A stretch of 64,000 nucleotides of DNA from Eledone cirrhosa (GCA_964016885.1 OZ024740.1:113770001-113834000); one strand, 5' to 3'. Counted from the stretch's first letter, positions 15,156 through 29,294 are shown. Made by a program: numbers and translations. The notes: generated from the letters alone by a model not told the origin.

Positions 15156-15269
15156 ACTGGTGAAAATCTTCACCAACCACCACGTTTGGCCCACTGTGCC
15201 TCTCCTCCAGGACGTAATGGCCCTTTTGTGTCCTTGAGTTTGAGACCCCTCTTCTACACACACACACAC

Positions 15270-15515
15270 ACATGTATACTTTAATTTTTCTGTCACTGGA
15301 CTACGCCCATTCTGGAGCATCACCTTGATAAGTTATGGGGACGTCAACAAACCAACAAGCATTGGTGGGAGGGCAAACACAAACGCAAAGACATATATAC
15401 ATATATACGACGGGCCTCTTTTAGTTTCGGTCTATCAAATTCACTTTGGTCGGCCCGGGCAGTGGGACTGAACCCGGAAATATGTCGTCGGGAGCAAGCT
15501 TCTTGTCACACTGCG
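15270..15515 (-). mobile_element. Degenerate tRNA-derived SINE (second family)
   Basis: cgacgggcctcttttagtttcggtcta...ttggtcggcccggg cagtgggactgaacccgg; the reverse strand has a B-box-like ggttcagtccc. Confidence 0.6.
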
Positions 15516-15580
15516 CATATATATATATATATATATGAAAGGAGGAGGTTATAGTTCACTTGAAGCATTGTGTAATGAGG

Positions 15581-15987
15581 TATAAACGTTTGTATATGTA
15601 TAATAAAGCCAAAACAATGCAGTATGGACATAGAATAAAGAATGCAAATACAAAAGATATTGTTGACAATTAGTCTTTTACCTTAGATTTATTTAAATGT
15701 CCTTAATCTTCGAGATAATATCTCTTCTTCAGAGGGAAGTAAAGCTCTCAACCAGTGTTATACATAGCTTGCCCAAGTCATGCTTGACTTGGGCAAGCTA
15801 TTTAGAACACTGGTTTTTAGAGCTTTACTTCCTTCTGAAGAAGAGATATTATCTTGAAGATTAAGGACATTTAAATAAATCTAAGGTCAAAGACTAATTG
15901 TCAACAATATCTTTTGCATTTACATTCTTTATTCTATGTCCATACCTGCATTGTTTTGGCTTTATTGTACATATACAAGCGTTTATA
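15581..15987. repeat. ~200-bp-arm palindrome between TA arrays
   Basis: Centre gcttgcccaagtca-tgct-tgacttgggcaagc near 15780; the arms are reverse complementary with a few mismatches. Confidence 0.9.
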
Positions 15988-16116
15988 TATATATATATGT
16001 ATGTATGTATGTAGAATTTTTATATATATATCTATGTATTATAAATGTAAGCTATCGCCGTATTATATATATATATATATATATATTATAAATGTAAGCT
16101 AAAGCCGTTTTATATA

Positions 16117-16283
<167 letters not shown>

Positions 16284-16302
16284 TATATATGTGTGTGTGT
16301 GC

Positions 16303-16347
<45 letters not shown>

Positions 16348-16353
16348 GTGTGT

Positions 16354-16600
16354 TGTAAGAATATTTTCGAAACAGCAGGCGGGTTTCGAAATTATTATAA
16401 CTGTAAGCTATCGCCGTATTTTGACTAAAGAAATTAAAGAAATTATTTAGCCTGATATTGGGGTTAAGAACCCTCGAAGAATGGAAAAGATGAGTATTGA
16501 CGTACATGTACGTCAATACTCATCTTTTAGTGAAAATACGGCGATAGCTTACATTTGTAATCATTTCAAAACCGCCCGCTGTTTCGAAAATATTCTTACA
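16354..16600. repeat. Inverted repeat with central hairpin 16485-16528
   Basis: tgtaagaatattttcgaaacagc.../...gctgtttcgaaaatattcttaca; centre aaaagatgagtattgacgtacatgtacgtcaatactcatctttt. Confidence 0.85.
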
Positions 16601-16761
16601 TATATATATATATATATATGCAAAAGTTCTATTTAAAATTGTTGGGATACAACAAGTAAATATTTTATAACTGATATAAAGCACTCGACAAGCTTCCAAA
16701 AATAATGGTTGCATCTAATAGGGTACGTCAAAATTATTTATAAAACTGTTTATATATTGTA

Positions 16762-16820
16762 TTTTATCTGATGAAGGCATACCATATTTAATTTGGTATC
16801 CCTGAAATATGTATAGTGAA
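16762..16820 (+). ncRNA. Minimal type-I hammerhead motif
   Basis: tttat-CTGATGA-AGGcATACCA...TGGTATcCCT-GAAA-TATGTA-TA-gtgaa; AUA triplet. Confidence 0.7.
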
Positions 16821-16877
16821 ATAAATATGGTTTTATAAATATAGTTTCCATTTATTTAATATCGTTATATATATATA

Positions 16878-17675
16878 TATTACTAATTATATCTAAATGT
16901 TTCTTCTCTCTTCATAATGTATTTTTAACTCTGATACTGGTTCAGTCTGGTTCAAACTGAATTGGTCTGTCCCAGTCATTCATTGAGCAACATCGGTGAA
17001 GTTGGCACCCTTAACTCACAGTTGGGTGCGGATGCATTCATGTATATATGTGTGTGTCGCATGTATCTGTGTGTTCTAAATATATTAATAACTCCCTCTG
17101 GTCGAGCAATCTTTGAAGTGTGGGGACAACTGGAAAGCTTCCATTACTCATACTTCTCGCCTTTCTTCACTACCTCTTCTGCGGCCTCGATATGAATACC
17201 CCCCTCCGCCTCCGTGGTATTTTCTTCGTGGTTATAAGAGCTTAGCTCTGTTTCTCGACCGTTATATCGCGTGACTATCTCCCCCTCCGCCTTTTGGGAT
17301 TCTTTCTCACGTCGTGTAGACGCGTTCTTGAGACTAGTAAAATGAGGTATCCTCTTGATAAGTTGGCAGACCTCGCAAGGACTCTATATCTTTGATATAT
17401 TGTTTTTGTTTATGCCACGAAACTACGTAGTCGAGGAATTTAGGAGCAGTTTAGGTATGATACATTTTATTACTAATTATATCTAAATGTTTCTTCTCTC
17501 TTCATAATGTATTTTTAACTCTGATACTGGTTCAGTCTGGTTCAAACTGAATTGGTCTGTCCCAGTCATTCATTGAGCAACATCGGTGAAGTTGGCACCC
17601 TTAACTCACAGTTGGGTGCGGATGCATTCATGTATATATGTGTGTGTCCGCATGTATCTGTGTGTTTCTAAATAT
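16878..17675 (+). repeat. Partial tandem repeat (590-bp period; ~205-bp direct repeats 16878-17085 / 17468-17675) carrying an HHR
   Basis: Near-identical tattactaattatatctaaatg...ctaaatatat blocks 590 bp apart, bounded by TA arrays. Confidence 0.9.
17350..17437 (+). ncRNA. Hammerhead motif with mutated core (UUGAUAA)
   Basis: TCCTC-TTGATAA-GtTGGCA...TGCCAC-GAAA-CTACGTAG-TC-GAGGA; palindromic stem III, GUC triplet. Confidence 0.7.
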
Positions 17676-17697
17676 ATATATATATATATATATATAA

Positions 17698-18990
17698 TAC
17701 CTAACAGGTTTAATTGACCAGCGTGTATATTGTTTTAATTTTGGGGACAGCGTGTATTTTTTTTCTTTAAGAGAACTGCTGGATTCTAATCTACCAGTCT
17801 CTTCTTAGCGCTGTTAATGTCGATATAATTCTTATATCGTTATTGACTGGGCATCCACTGAGGAGTTTATAAGAGCCCGCTTGTTTATAAAACTATGGAT
17901 TATATACAAGGTTCTACATAACCTGGAAATTATTTGTCCCAAATTGTAGAAATCTTATAACGAAACGGCCATCTGGAAGGAAAGAGATATTTATTTAATA
18001 ATGTCTCATATAAAATAATACAACCAATTATCCACGAAATACTGATTAGTTAGCACCCCAAACACTAAATTTGGATAATACTTCAGTATATCCTAATGTT
18101 TGTTGAGTGAGATGGAGTTGGTCGGAGTATCGCTTAAGGCTTTCTCTGTTTATGTATTGAATATCTACTCTTGGGAGCATGATGTAGATTCCAGTTATAA
18201 GGTATGACTCTCTTTATTATTATTATTTTTTATATGAAATACTGATTGATCTTCCTTATATCCCATGTCTGATTTAGCCTTAGAGAATGGCTATGTGTAT
18301 ATATGGGTGATCCATGCATATATTTATTATGTTTTAATATCTGTGTGTGCATTGGTTGTGTATGCATGTGGTTATTCTTTTACATTTCCAATTCAGTTCT
18401 TATACACGTGGTTAAAACCTAACAGGTTTAATTGACCAGCGTGTATATTGTTTTATTATAAGATGACCTCCCTTTACCCTTTTGGGGACAGCGTGTATTT
18501 TTCTTTGAGAGAACTGCTGGATTCTAATCTACCAGTCTCTTCTTAGCGCTGAGGGAGACCATCACCATTCTGTTAATGTCGATATAATTCTTATATCGTT
18601 ATTGACTGGGCATCCACTGATGAGTTTATAAGGGCCCGCTTGTGTATAAAACTATTGATTATATACAGTGTTCTACATAACCTTGAAATTATTTATCCCA
18701 AATTGTAGAAATCTTATAGTTGCTAAATAGTCGATCGTCCTCTTGTCTCTGACTTTCAGCCCCATGGATTTTATCTGTTATATTCCTGTGTTATATTTTG
18801 AATACCTGATGATATCACCGGATTCATACTGAACCCAGTCATTGAAATGATCATTTCTGGAAGAAATGAGATATTTACTGATTGGTTAGCACCCCAAACA
18901 TTAAATTGGGATAATACTTAAGTATATCCTAATGTTTGTTGAGTGAGATGGAGTTGGTCGGAGTATCGCTTAAGGCTTTCTCTGTTTATG

Positions 18991-18994
<4 letters not shown>
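17698..18994 (+). repeat. Partial tandem repeat (~720-bp period) carrying an HHR
   Basis: acctaacaggtttaattgaccagcg...ttctctgtttatgtatt occurs at 17698-18158 and 18417-18994. Confidence 0.9.
17854..17977 (+). ncRNA. Type-I hammerhead motif with long stem-II insert
   Basis: TCCA-CTGAGGA-GtTTATAAGA...TCTTATAAC-GAAA-CGGCCA-TC-TGGA. Confidence 0.75.
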
Positions 18995-19060
<66 letters not shown>

Positions 19061-19124
19061 ATGGTAGAAGACTGGAGGGTAATATCCGTAGTCGTAGAGC
19101 ACTCAGTCCATGGGACGAGTTAGG

Positions 19125-19274
19125 TAGAAGTGGCTACACAACAATTAAGTCACCATACCGAGAACAATTGTTTCACCTTAGCGTATCCTCAGCTCGTAAT
19201 CACGAGCTGAGGATCCGCTAAGGTGAAACAATTGTTCTCGGTATGGTGAACTAACTGTTGTGTAACCACTTCTA
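19125..19274. repeat. Palindrome carrying two divergent minimal HHRs (19159-19196 -, 19203-19240 +)
   Basis: CGAG-CTGAGGA-tMCgctaagGT-GAAA-CAATTG-TT-CTCG is present on both arms. Confidence 0.8.
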
Positions 19275-19789
19275 TATATATATATTTACCTAAACTGCGA
19301 TTATCTGTTTCTCTCTTTCTCTCTTACTGCTCCCCCGTTCTCTCTGTTTGTCTTACCTTCTTTCGTCCCCTCTGTCAGTTAACACTTTCTCTCGACTGAC
19401 CTCTTCCTCGCACTTCCACTCACTCACTCTCTGTTTCTCCCCTTCGCTAGTAGTGGGGTTCCTTCTTTCTCACACCGCATTCACGGCGTACGGTCTGCTT
19501 CTCTGACCGCTCATGAAATTCACCCAGCTTATGCTGATCGGATAACTATCATGTTGCTTGCTGTTTTCCCAACCTTCGGTTTGCTTTTCCTTCTGTTGTT
19601 TACTTGTCTCACTCGCTTTACGCGTTTCACTTGTCCCAATAGCTTATTTTAGTTATTGCTCGCACCAACCCGAGGTATCTGATTTTTAATGCGATGAAAT
19701 ACCAATGATAGTTGGCAAATCACTGATGAGGGACTAATTTTATAATATGTAATCCATGTGCAACCATGCAGTATTCTTCTCCCCTTGTT

Positions 19790-19852
<63 letters not shown>

Positions 19853-19988
19853 GGTTTGTTGGTTCACCACTGGATAGAACTGGTCATTCCGTATGGTCAA
19901 ACTCGATGTAATATTATGGAGATCACTCAACGTAATGCAACTCACTCGTCTTCGTTTGTGTAGTTGGTGGTGCGAATACGGAGTTAAT

Positions 19989-20395
19989 TATTATAAAATA
20001 ACAGGAGGCTGGACTGGTGTAAATCCTTGAAAAGGTTATTATACTATGATCATTTCAATGACTGGGTTCAGTATGAATCCAGTGATATCATCAGATATTC
20101 AAAATATAACACAGGAATATAACAGATAAAATCCATGGGGCTGAAAGCCAGAGACAAGAGGACGACCGACTATTTAGCAGCTTCTACACCAGTTGGCCGT
20201 TGAGGTAGAAGTTGCTAAATAGTCGGTCGTCCTCTTGTCTCTGATTTTCAGCCCCATGGATTTTATCTGTTATATTCCTGTGTTTTATTTTGAATACCTG
20301 ATGATATCACCGGATTCATACTGAACCCAGTAATTGAAATGATCATAGTATAATAACCCTTTCAAGGATTTACACCAGTTCAGCCTCCTGTTATT

Positions 20396-20403
<8 letters not shown>
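19989..20403. repeat. ~200-bp-arm palindrome with HHRs at 20041-20098 (-) and 20294-20351 (+)
   Basis: ATAC-CTGATGA-tatcaccggattca-tac-tgaacccagtaatt-GAAA-TGATCA-TA-GTAT; the arms are reverse complementary. Confidence 0.85.
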
Positions 20404-20487
<84 letters not shown>

Positions 20488-20577
20488 GTAGGAGGTGAGT
20501 TTTATTGTAGCACAATAAAGCAATGAAAATATCGAATAAGTAGCACTCTACAGTTTGTAGGACTGGAGTATAAATAA

Positions 20578-20899
20578 TATAAGATCAAAATATGGTTAAA
20601 AGAGTTCCAAGTATTTTATTATGCGCATTTCAAAAACAAATACCATCATGGGATGATATCTGCATTTTCATCAGATAAAATAGGGATACATGATATGAAG
20701 CTTAAAAAACACTTGTGAATAGTGAAGTTTTAAATCAACATATGTTGATTTAAACCTTCACTATTCACAAGTGTTTTTTAAGCTTCATATCATGTATCCA
20801 TATTTTATCTGATGAAAACGCAGATATCATCTCATGATGACATTTGTTTTTTAAATGTGCATAATAAAATACTTGGAACTCTTTTAACCATCTTTTGAT

Positions 20900-20905
<6 letters not shown>
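20578..20905. repeat. ~160-bp-arm palindrome with HHRs at 20612-20682 (-, intact) and 20801-20871 (+, GAAA changed to TAAA)
   Basis: Minus strand TATTTTAT-CTGATGA-aaatgcagatatcat...atggtatttgttttt-GAAA-TGCGCA-TA-ATAAAATA; centre tttaaatcaacatatgttgatttaaa. Confidence 0.85.
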
Positions 20906-20965
<60 letters not shown>

Positions 20966-22655
20966 GAATCTACATACATTCATATATAGATACATACATT
21001 TACGTATGTATATAGCTATGCATTTATACATTACGTATGTATATAGCTATGCATATATACATGCTTTTATATTTAAGTATGTAAGGATGTTGTTTTTTTT
21101 GGGTAATGAGAACATTTTTGTCTCCAGATTTTATTACCTAGGGAGATTAAATACCACATCTCTGGCTGAAAGCTGACTAGGTTCCCAACCTCATCAAGCA
21201 CTAACGCCGGCCTGTGTGTGTATATATGTGTGTGTGTGTATGTATGTATGTATGTACGTATGCATGTGTGTGTATTTTCGTATGTATGTATATGTATACA
21301 CCCACACCCGTCACCACTATTGCTTATTTTTGTTGGCATTTCTGTTGAAGTTTTACTTGTAACGGTTGTAAAAGTTGACGTTGTCCTTATTTTTATTTTC
21401 TTTGATTTCTTTTGTTTTTCTTTTATCTCCCTAGGGAATTCGTTGACAAGCTTCTTTTATTTATTTTCTTCGTTTTCTTCACACTTGGTGTCTAAGAGAC
21501 GTATAAATATGACTTATAAAACTTACCAGACTAAAGAGGCTTCCAGCGCCCCTCTAGCGCCCCCAAATCTTCAAATGCCCCCCCTAACGCCCTCTTACCC
21601 CCCCCCCCCCCCTGAAGCTCCCAAACGCGCCACGTTGAGAACCTTTGGTTTAGAGGTGTGCGTTAGATTATGTAGAGAGTTGGACAACATTTCTTTCTGT
21701 ATTTATTTAAGGATATCTCAGTTATCCCTCAAGGCTAACTTTGCCTTTCAGCATACATTACTCTATTTATTAACGTCCTAATAAATTACTGTGTAATATA
21801 ATCTATAACCTATTATATATATATATTAATAGCTTTCTACCTATGTTAAAACTCATTATTATTTCTACTTTACATCCAAATTTACTAATCTCTCTTCCTC
21901 AAAATATTTCATCCATGCATTATATTATGTTATATTAAACACACACACACACACACACACACACATTTACAGGCGCTGCTAATTTGTAACTCGGAAAATA
22001 CTATTTTTTCCCATACTCCGTTGGTTCATTCTTTTCTCGTTCTCTCCAAACTCTCAATTTTCTGAAGAAAGACAGCTCGAAACCCTCATTTAATTCTTCC
22101 CAAACGAGAAACTGATAAAACTTGGTGTTTTTGCATCTCCGTGTTTGTTTTAAAAATTCCAGACAGAATTTGCTATCGAAGCGTCAAGAGTTCAGCTGTT
22201 ACAACAGCAAAACACCGTAAATGATAGTATCGGGTAATATTTACCTCAAAGGAAATCAACGGCTAGAAGTGTATTGACCCGCGAAAGTGATAGGAAGAAA
22301 GGAGAAAAGGAGGGAAATGGACGAGAGCAGATGACACAAACATTCAAATACACTCATCAGCTTCTAGACCACCTGTGGTTTCGAGGGTGTAACTGAAATT
22401 ACCACGTAACATAAACGGTACAACAGAGAAATAAATATTTCTGTTGGTATGATATTTGTGTTAGGAAGGAACAATTTAGATAAATAGACAGACACAACAG
22501 AGAGTGAAAGAAAAAGAAAATACATCCACTCAATATCAGGTCGATGTTAGAAAAGACAACAAAGACTCTAGCCACGGAGGTAGAAGCAAGTGACGGTGAC
22601 AAGTAGGAGTGGTGGTTTGGGGGAAGGGAGAAGGAAAATAAGGAAGCAATAAGAG

Positions 22656-22731
<76 letters not shown>

Positions 22732-22869
22732 ATGAAAGAAGGGGGAAGAAAAAACACCCCAAAAACCTCAGGCATGGTATCCATCAGAAATAGAAAGTTG
22801 CAATCCTGTGATAAGATATAATAAAAAGTTATCTGGAATATAGAGTCTGAAAATACATAAATAACCAAG

Positions 22870-23080
22870 TTTTCAACTTTACCTTTCAGCCTTACGGGGT
22901 CGATAAAATAAAGTACCAATAATGCACTGGGATAATTGCTGGCCTTGTGCCAAAAGTAGAAACAATTATTTTATAAACTTACACTTTACCTTTCATCCTT
23001 ACGGGGTTGATAAAATAAAGCACCTGTGATGCACTGGGATAATTGCTGGTCTTGTGTTAAAAGTAGAAACAATTATAAAC
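22870..23080 (+). mobile_element. Two tandem 3' halves of the SINE
   Basis: actttacctttca..cttacgggg..gataaaataaag..gcactgggataattgctgg..aaagtagaaacaatta occurs twice. Confidence 0.8.
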
Positions 23081-23699
23081 TTACACTCATTTCCTCCAAA
23101 TGCAGAAGGAAGTAGCATTGTATTCCTTTATTTCCGAATTATTTCGTGTTTGGAGACATTCGGCCATGCAGTTGGTAATAAACTATATGTTTTGTATTAT
23201 TTAAAGATTCTGAAGATATCAATACAAAGGAATAAAATGCTACGTCCTTCTGTTTTTCAATGAAACGCATCTAAATGAATTAAATTGTTATTTATGTATT
23301 GTTTTACATATGCTCTGTGCTGTAAAACTACTATGATTGGAAATTTACAAATTGGATTAAATTCCCAACTGTTTATGCCAAACATACTGTGGATGATACA
23401 ATCAGATTCGAGGTTTGAATATATATATATATATATATACACTCTTACAAATATGCGCCTATTACCTACAGTCCGACGGACGTCTACAAAGATACATACA
23501 TACATATATCTGTCTATGCACAAATACGATATACGCATATACGATATACGCACAGAGTCATATAAAGCTACACAATAAATTGAGTTCAGATGCATCACTG
23601 ATTTTTCGTTTTATATTATATCACACTCTGCTCTGTAAGAAAATAGAGAGCTCAACCGGCATACCGCCTATGGAAGCTTCTTAGCTACCATCAGACACA

Positions 23700-23753
<54 letters not shown>

Positions 23754-25852
23754 ATGACACGGGGCATCAAACATCGTGTAGTTACTGCCACACAATTACT
23801 TGCTCAATGATATCTTAAGTATATTCCGAAATCTGGTCGAACGCATTGGACATGACTGGAAGATCGTGATATATGTACAAAATAATTTGATATATATATA
23901 TATATTTGGGGAGAGTCATATCGTTATAATATTGGCAGAAATAATAATAATAATAATATATATATATATATTTATATATATTATATATACAAATTATTTC
24001 ATTTAGTCCTGAACATTTTGCTGTATCTCTCTCTCACGTTCTTTTTCTCTCCCTCATATACACACACATACGCACACACCAAAACACTGATGTGTTCACG
24101 AAAACAATCACTCATTTTATACTTTTCATTTCTTAACAGAACTTTTGTTTTTCAATACAGTTCATTTTCTGAACTGATTCCAGTCTCGCATGCTGACATA
24201 TATTTCTGCCTTTTCTTAATTCGATCGCCTATTTATTCAAGCTCTTCCATTTTCGTTATGCTCTGTATTCATTTGCACATAATTTAAAGTCTTTTGCATT
24301 CACTCTCTTTTATCTCTCTCTTTATCTTTTTCTCTATTTCTCTCCCCAGTACTGATGTTTTTTTATATCTATTTCTTTCTAGTTTTGTCTCTTTTCTCTG
24401 TTCCATTCCTCTTTCCGCCTTTGGGTCTTTATGATATTTTATCTGAATCATCTTATATTAAAATATATTGAAATTAATAGAATATTTGAAAATATAATAA
24501 TAAAACGTTGCACAAATTCTGCATTGCAGAAAATGGCTGCTAAGCTAACTAGTCGATATGTTAATTTAATACAAATATTTGAGATAACTATTATAGAGCT
24601 GTTATGATTTTTAGAAATTATATTTTTATAGAATTATTCAATTCTGCGTTTGAAACCTATCATATATTCACAGTGGAGAACAATAAAAAAAAAAACAATA
24701 TACTAATACGCCTGTCGGTATATACAAGTACAAGAATTTATCGTGTTTGTGTGTGTGTTTTTGTTGTTTATTTAGAGACACAACACAGTAACCATTATTC
24801 AGTGACCATTTTCAGTAACTCTAATACTCGTGGGTAGGACAACCTGGAAAAATGCTTGCAACACAGTAAATTTTAATAAAGACATTCAATAACCAGGTGC
24901 AATTCTTAAATAGAACAAAGACTTAAGTGTAGTAAGATCCCAGAAGCTCAACATCTGCCTCTCTCTCCTCAAATACCAACAAATGCTCAGTCAACTACAT
25001 TTACATTCCGTATCTCTCAGGAAAATAAAGGACATTATTTAGTATTGTGCAAAACATAAATGGAGTTGCTGCTATGCCCATGACAGTTAGTTTTTAGGAT
25101 CTCCGAAACTGATGGAAAGGAGGGAACAAGCTAACTTAAAACTAAAGAGAGCACAGAGGCTTTCAACCAATGATCAAGTAGAGCCGTCAAACTGAGAATT
25201 AATATGATGGATTAAAAATCTATTACCCTAGTACAATAAATCAAGACCATTCCCCAGAAAACAAAGTGACGGAAGAACTGTTGCAAAGCCTCTCATCCGG
25301 TGTTCCACCAACTCTGCTAACCACTCGGGCTGGACGGTTACTTTATTTCATCGACTCCGAATGGATGAAATGAATCTTTGACCTCGGTGAGATATGAACC
25401 CAAGGCGCAAAGAAACAGAACAAATCCCACAACACATCTTGTCATACGACTTAACAACGTTGCTAATACAACACCATGCAGGAGGCAAACATCAAATATT
25501 TGGTTGCAAAGTGACCCCGCTGTGTGTAAGGCAGTTTCTTGAGAGTTAATGATCTATAATATTAGTCGGTTCCGTTGAAAAAGTTCCATTAGTTACTCTT
25601 GCTTTTCCCAGTGAGGCTATTTATAGACAGACACATACCATATTGTAGAATGGTAATGGTTCTTATTTATTAATTTTCTTTTGTTTTGCAGATGTTATTT
25701 ACTTACTATGACACCAGAGGATTTTCGAAAGTTTCGTTTTGAACCACCTAAATGGCAGAGACCACTGCATTCCACGATGTGTTTCAGAATGCATCTATAT
25801 TTTCTTTTTATGTATGTAGCAATGTACATTTATCTAGCTATCTATGCATATA

Positions 25853-25977
<125 letters not shown>

Positions 25978-26951
25978 ATATATATTTTTTTTTATTTGCC
26001 AATATAGCATGTTACACTCGTAAAATACTACTTATTAGAATGTAAATACGATTGTACTTAGACATAGCGCACTTACATAATTTTGTAAAAGTGGTGGCCC
26101 GACAATAATTATTAAAGTACCAACTCTGAATTATTTATGAATTTATAAACAAATATGCAGAGACATATATTATCCACACGAATTTAGTCATGTTACAAGA
26201 TTGGTCTCCTTGGGAATACTTTTAGTATATTTGTAGGAGGATAGATCGGATTGAGAAGGAAACAAATAACACGCAGGGAATAAATTTACCTGAACAGGAA
26301 TCTGTTCAATTATTTATTCAAAATCCTCGCTCTATGGCTATTGCAATCTTTATCTAATACTACATATGCGTATGGAGTAAGTAGGTAATGACGTCAGTAT
26401 CTGCGCAGAAAGTTGTGCTTGTGTGTAATAAATATGTAATACATTTGTAAAGAGTATTATTGACGAATTTTAACCCTCCAGTAAGTAACCACGTAACTAC
26501 CGTACAAGTTGGAATTTTTCACATGACAGCGACAAGAAATGTTCTGATAATTCTACTGAGACTGGAAAAAGAACAGATATAACTTTGTAAAATATTACCA
26601 ACAATCTCATGAGAGAGATAATAGTTTTATATGTAGGTATAGTAATAACCTTGTGATATTATATATAATATTGAAATCATATACTTGTTTCGTCTTTTTT
26701 TTTTCAATTTGTCAAATTGATGTCTTCATTAATTATTTAAAGCAATTATCTAGATTTCTGGTGAATAGTGTCGACAATGACTGTCTGAAATATCAATATC
26801 CATTCCTAAGTTGTTGAATCACTAGGAAATCATAGACGAACTCAAGCCATCATGATACAATACAATCTGAAACTTCACGTTATTATTCCAACAGTAGCAA
26901 CTTTATATAAATGATTGCAATTACTAGTATCATGTAAATATATGTGTGTCT

Positions 26952-27089
<138 letters not shown>

Positions 27090-27290
27090 ATATATATATA
27101 TATATAACGAAGGAAATGAGGTAAGGAACCAGGTGGACCATAACGCACCAAAGTACTCAATACTTAGGGTAGTGGAGTGGGTAATAGGAACAAGTAGGAC
27201 CCCGACGGCTGGTCGAAACGGCTTGAGCTCAGCCGTCGGGGTCCTACTGGTTCTTATATATATATATTATATACTTATATACATTATATA

Positions 27291-27391
<101 letters not shown>

Positions 27392-27408
27392 CTTATATAC
27401 ATTATATA

Positions 27409-27467
<59 letters not shown>

Positions 27468-28313
27468 GTGGATTGGTGTATTTAAGTGTCCTTTCCCTGG
27501 TTACTCACCAATTCGTTAACCAATAATTCTAAGACCGTTTAAATGGTAAGTTTTAAATAAATGGCAAAGTTTGAAAATGTGCAAAATGTCGGAGCAGCCC
27601 GTAAGGACATCCGATCCCTAGTTGGTCTGGCAGATGAAAGGGACTTATTACCGTAATTAACCACTGAAACTACGCTTCATTTACCAAAAATCATTCTCTT
27701 TAGCTAGTGAATTATCTCCCAGATCTCTTCAAGCTGGTATAAGTTAAACGCCGTTCTAATGCAAGTAATCACGTTTTTATTTCAGTCCTAGCATGCAGAG
27801 AACTAAATTAAACTATACCATCATATCCTTTAAAAAGATAGTAAAGTAGAATTTCCCAAAAGTTTGGATGATATTTCTAATCGGTCGTGCAATCAATGTT
27901 CTATAAATGAGTTTTATAAAATATGTATTTTTCTTCCCTTAGGCATACCTTTAAACAGCACATGTTATGGTTCATTCAGTTTTTCAAAGGCTTTCATAAA
28001 AATATAATTCAGCCAAAGCGAGCGGCAGAATTGGTTTCGACAGCAGGCCAAAGAATTCATCTCTTGTGTATTCCAATTCCAAACAAACTACGAATACTCC
28101 AAGTAAGTAAAACAGGGTTGTCCACGTTTCTTTGTTTGAAAAAGCTAATGTAGGTTTGAATGTACACACACACAAACACACACACACACGCACGCACACA
28201 CTCACACACACGCATATATATATTTATTTATATACTTCATATATATATATAAATATGTATAATTGATATCTATTAGTATCCGTCCGTCCAATCAAAAAAT
28301 ATGTGTAACCGAT

Positions 28314-28359
<46 letters not shown>

Positions 28360-28411
28360 TATATGTATAAATTCAAATATTAACAAAATAGATATTCTTG
28401 TGATCAATTAA

Positions 28412-28475
28412 ATTGTATTATACATATTTCAGAGGTATCGAATCAAATTCAACAGTATGTCCTCATCAGATAAAA
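28412..28475 (-). ncRNA. Hammerhead motif (degenerate stems)
   Basis: Minus strand ttttat-CTGATGA-GG...cctct-GAAA-TATGTA-TA-atacaa. Confidence 0.5.
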
Positions 28476-29212
28476 TAAAATGATACATGACATACCCAGA
28501 CATGTTAGCTGGTTAAGATTTAATCAAGGTAGTAATTAACTTATGAGAAAACTCAATATTTATACTCTAATATTGAGAACATGAGAAAACGTAATAGAAT
28601 CAATAGAGAGAGTGTGAGTAAGAAAAACATTGCCTTAATGCAACAGTTATAGAATTTTTTTAATTTAAAATACTACTATAGAACTATGCTGTAGAGAAAT
28701 GTATAGAGGAAGACGCATCTGGAGTTATCATTATTTAGTATTTAGCTTAGGAAGACAAATGATAGATAATTAAAGAGAGGGAGAGACAAAGAGGAGTAAT
28801 TTATGCTCAAATTTCTTTAGACACATATAAACATATATTGCTTTGACAGTTAAATTTCAAAATATTTAATTTATGCTGTTTCTGGGTAAAGAATCAACAT
28901 TTTAGGTTTTAAAAGTTGATGGTTACTTAATTAATTTTATAATATAATTATGTTAAATTTCTAAAATTCAAAATTTTATGAAGACGAATTTAAAGGATTT
29001 ACGAAGCCCGCAAAAGAAAGAAAATATAATGTTCAATATTCCCACAAAGGTAATCTTTAACAAAATTACTTGTAACACTGACAACATTTTCTATAATATA
29101 ATTAATGAGATATTTACAGTTATAACTATTAAGGAATTTACTGTTAAATAGTTACAGTGACTAAAGTATTAGCAGGTCTTATAATTAAACCTAAAAAAGT
29201 CAGAGTTTTCAG

Positions 29213-29294
<82 letters not shown>

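Noticed and set aside
15831-15866. CCTT-CTGAAGA-aGAGATattATCTT-GAAGATT-AAGG in the palindrome arms
   Set aside because: Lacks GAAA and stem III in both arms; possibly decayed, not counted as an HHR.
22060-22090. CTGAAGA..gctcGAAAC, and CTGATGA at 19723, 36016 and 36513
   Set aside because: Cores are incomplete and stems cannot be recovered by eye.
28780-29100. Possible decayed PLE endonuclease sequence upstream of the 28412 HHR
   Set aside because: No convincing reading frame or motif can be recovered.
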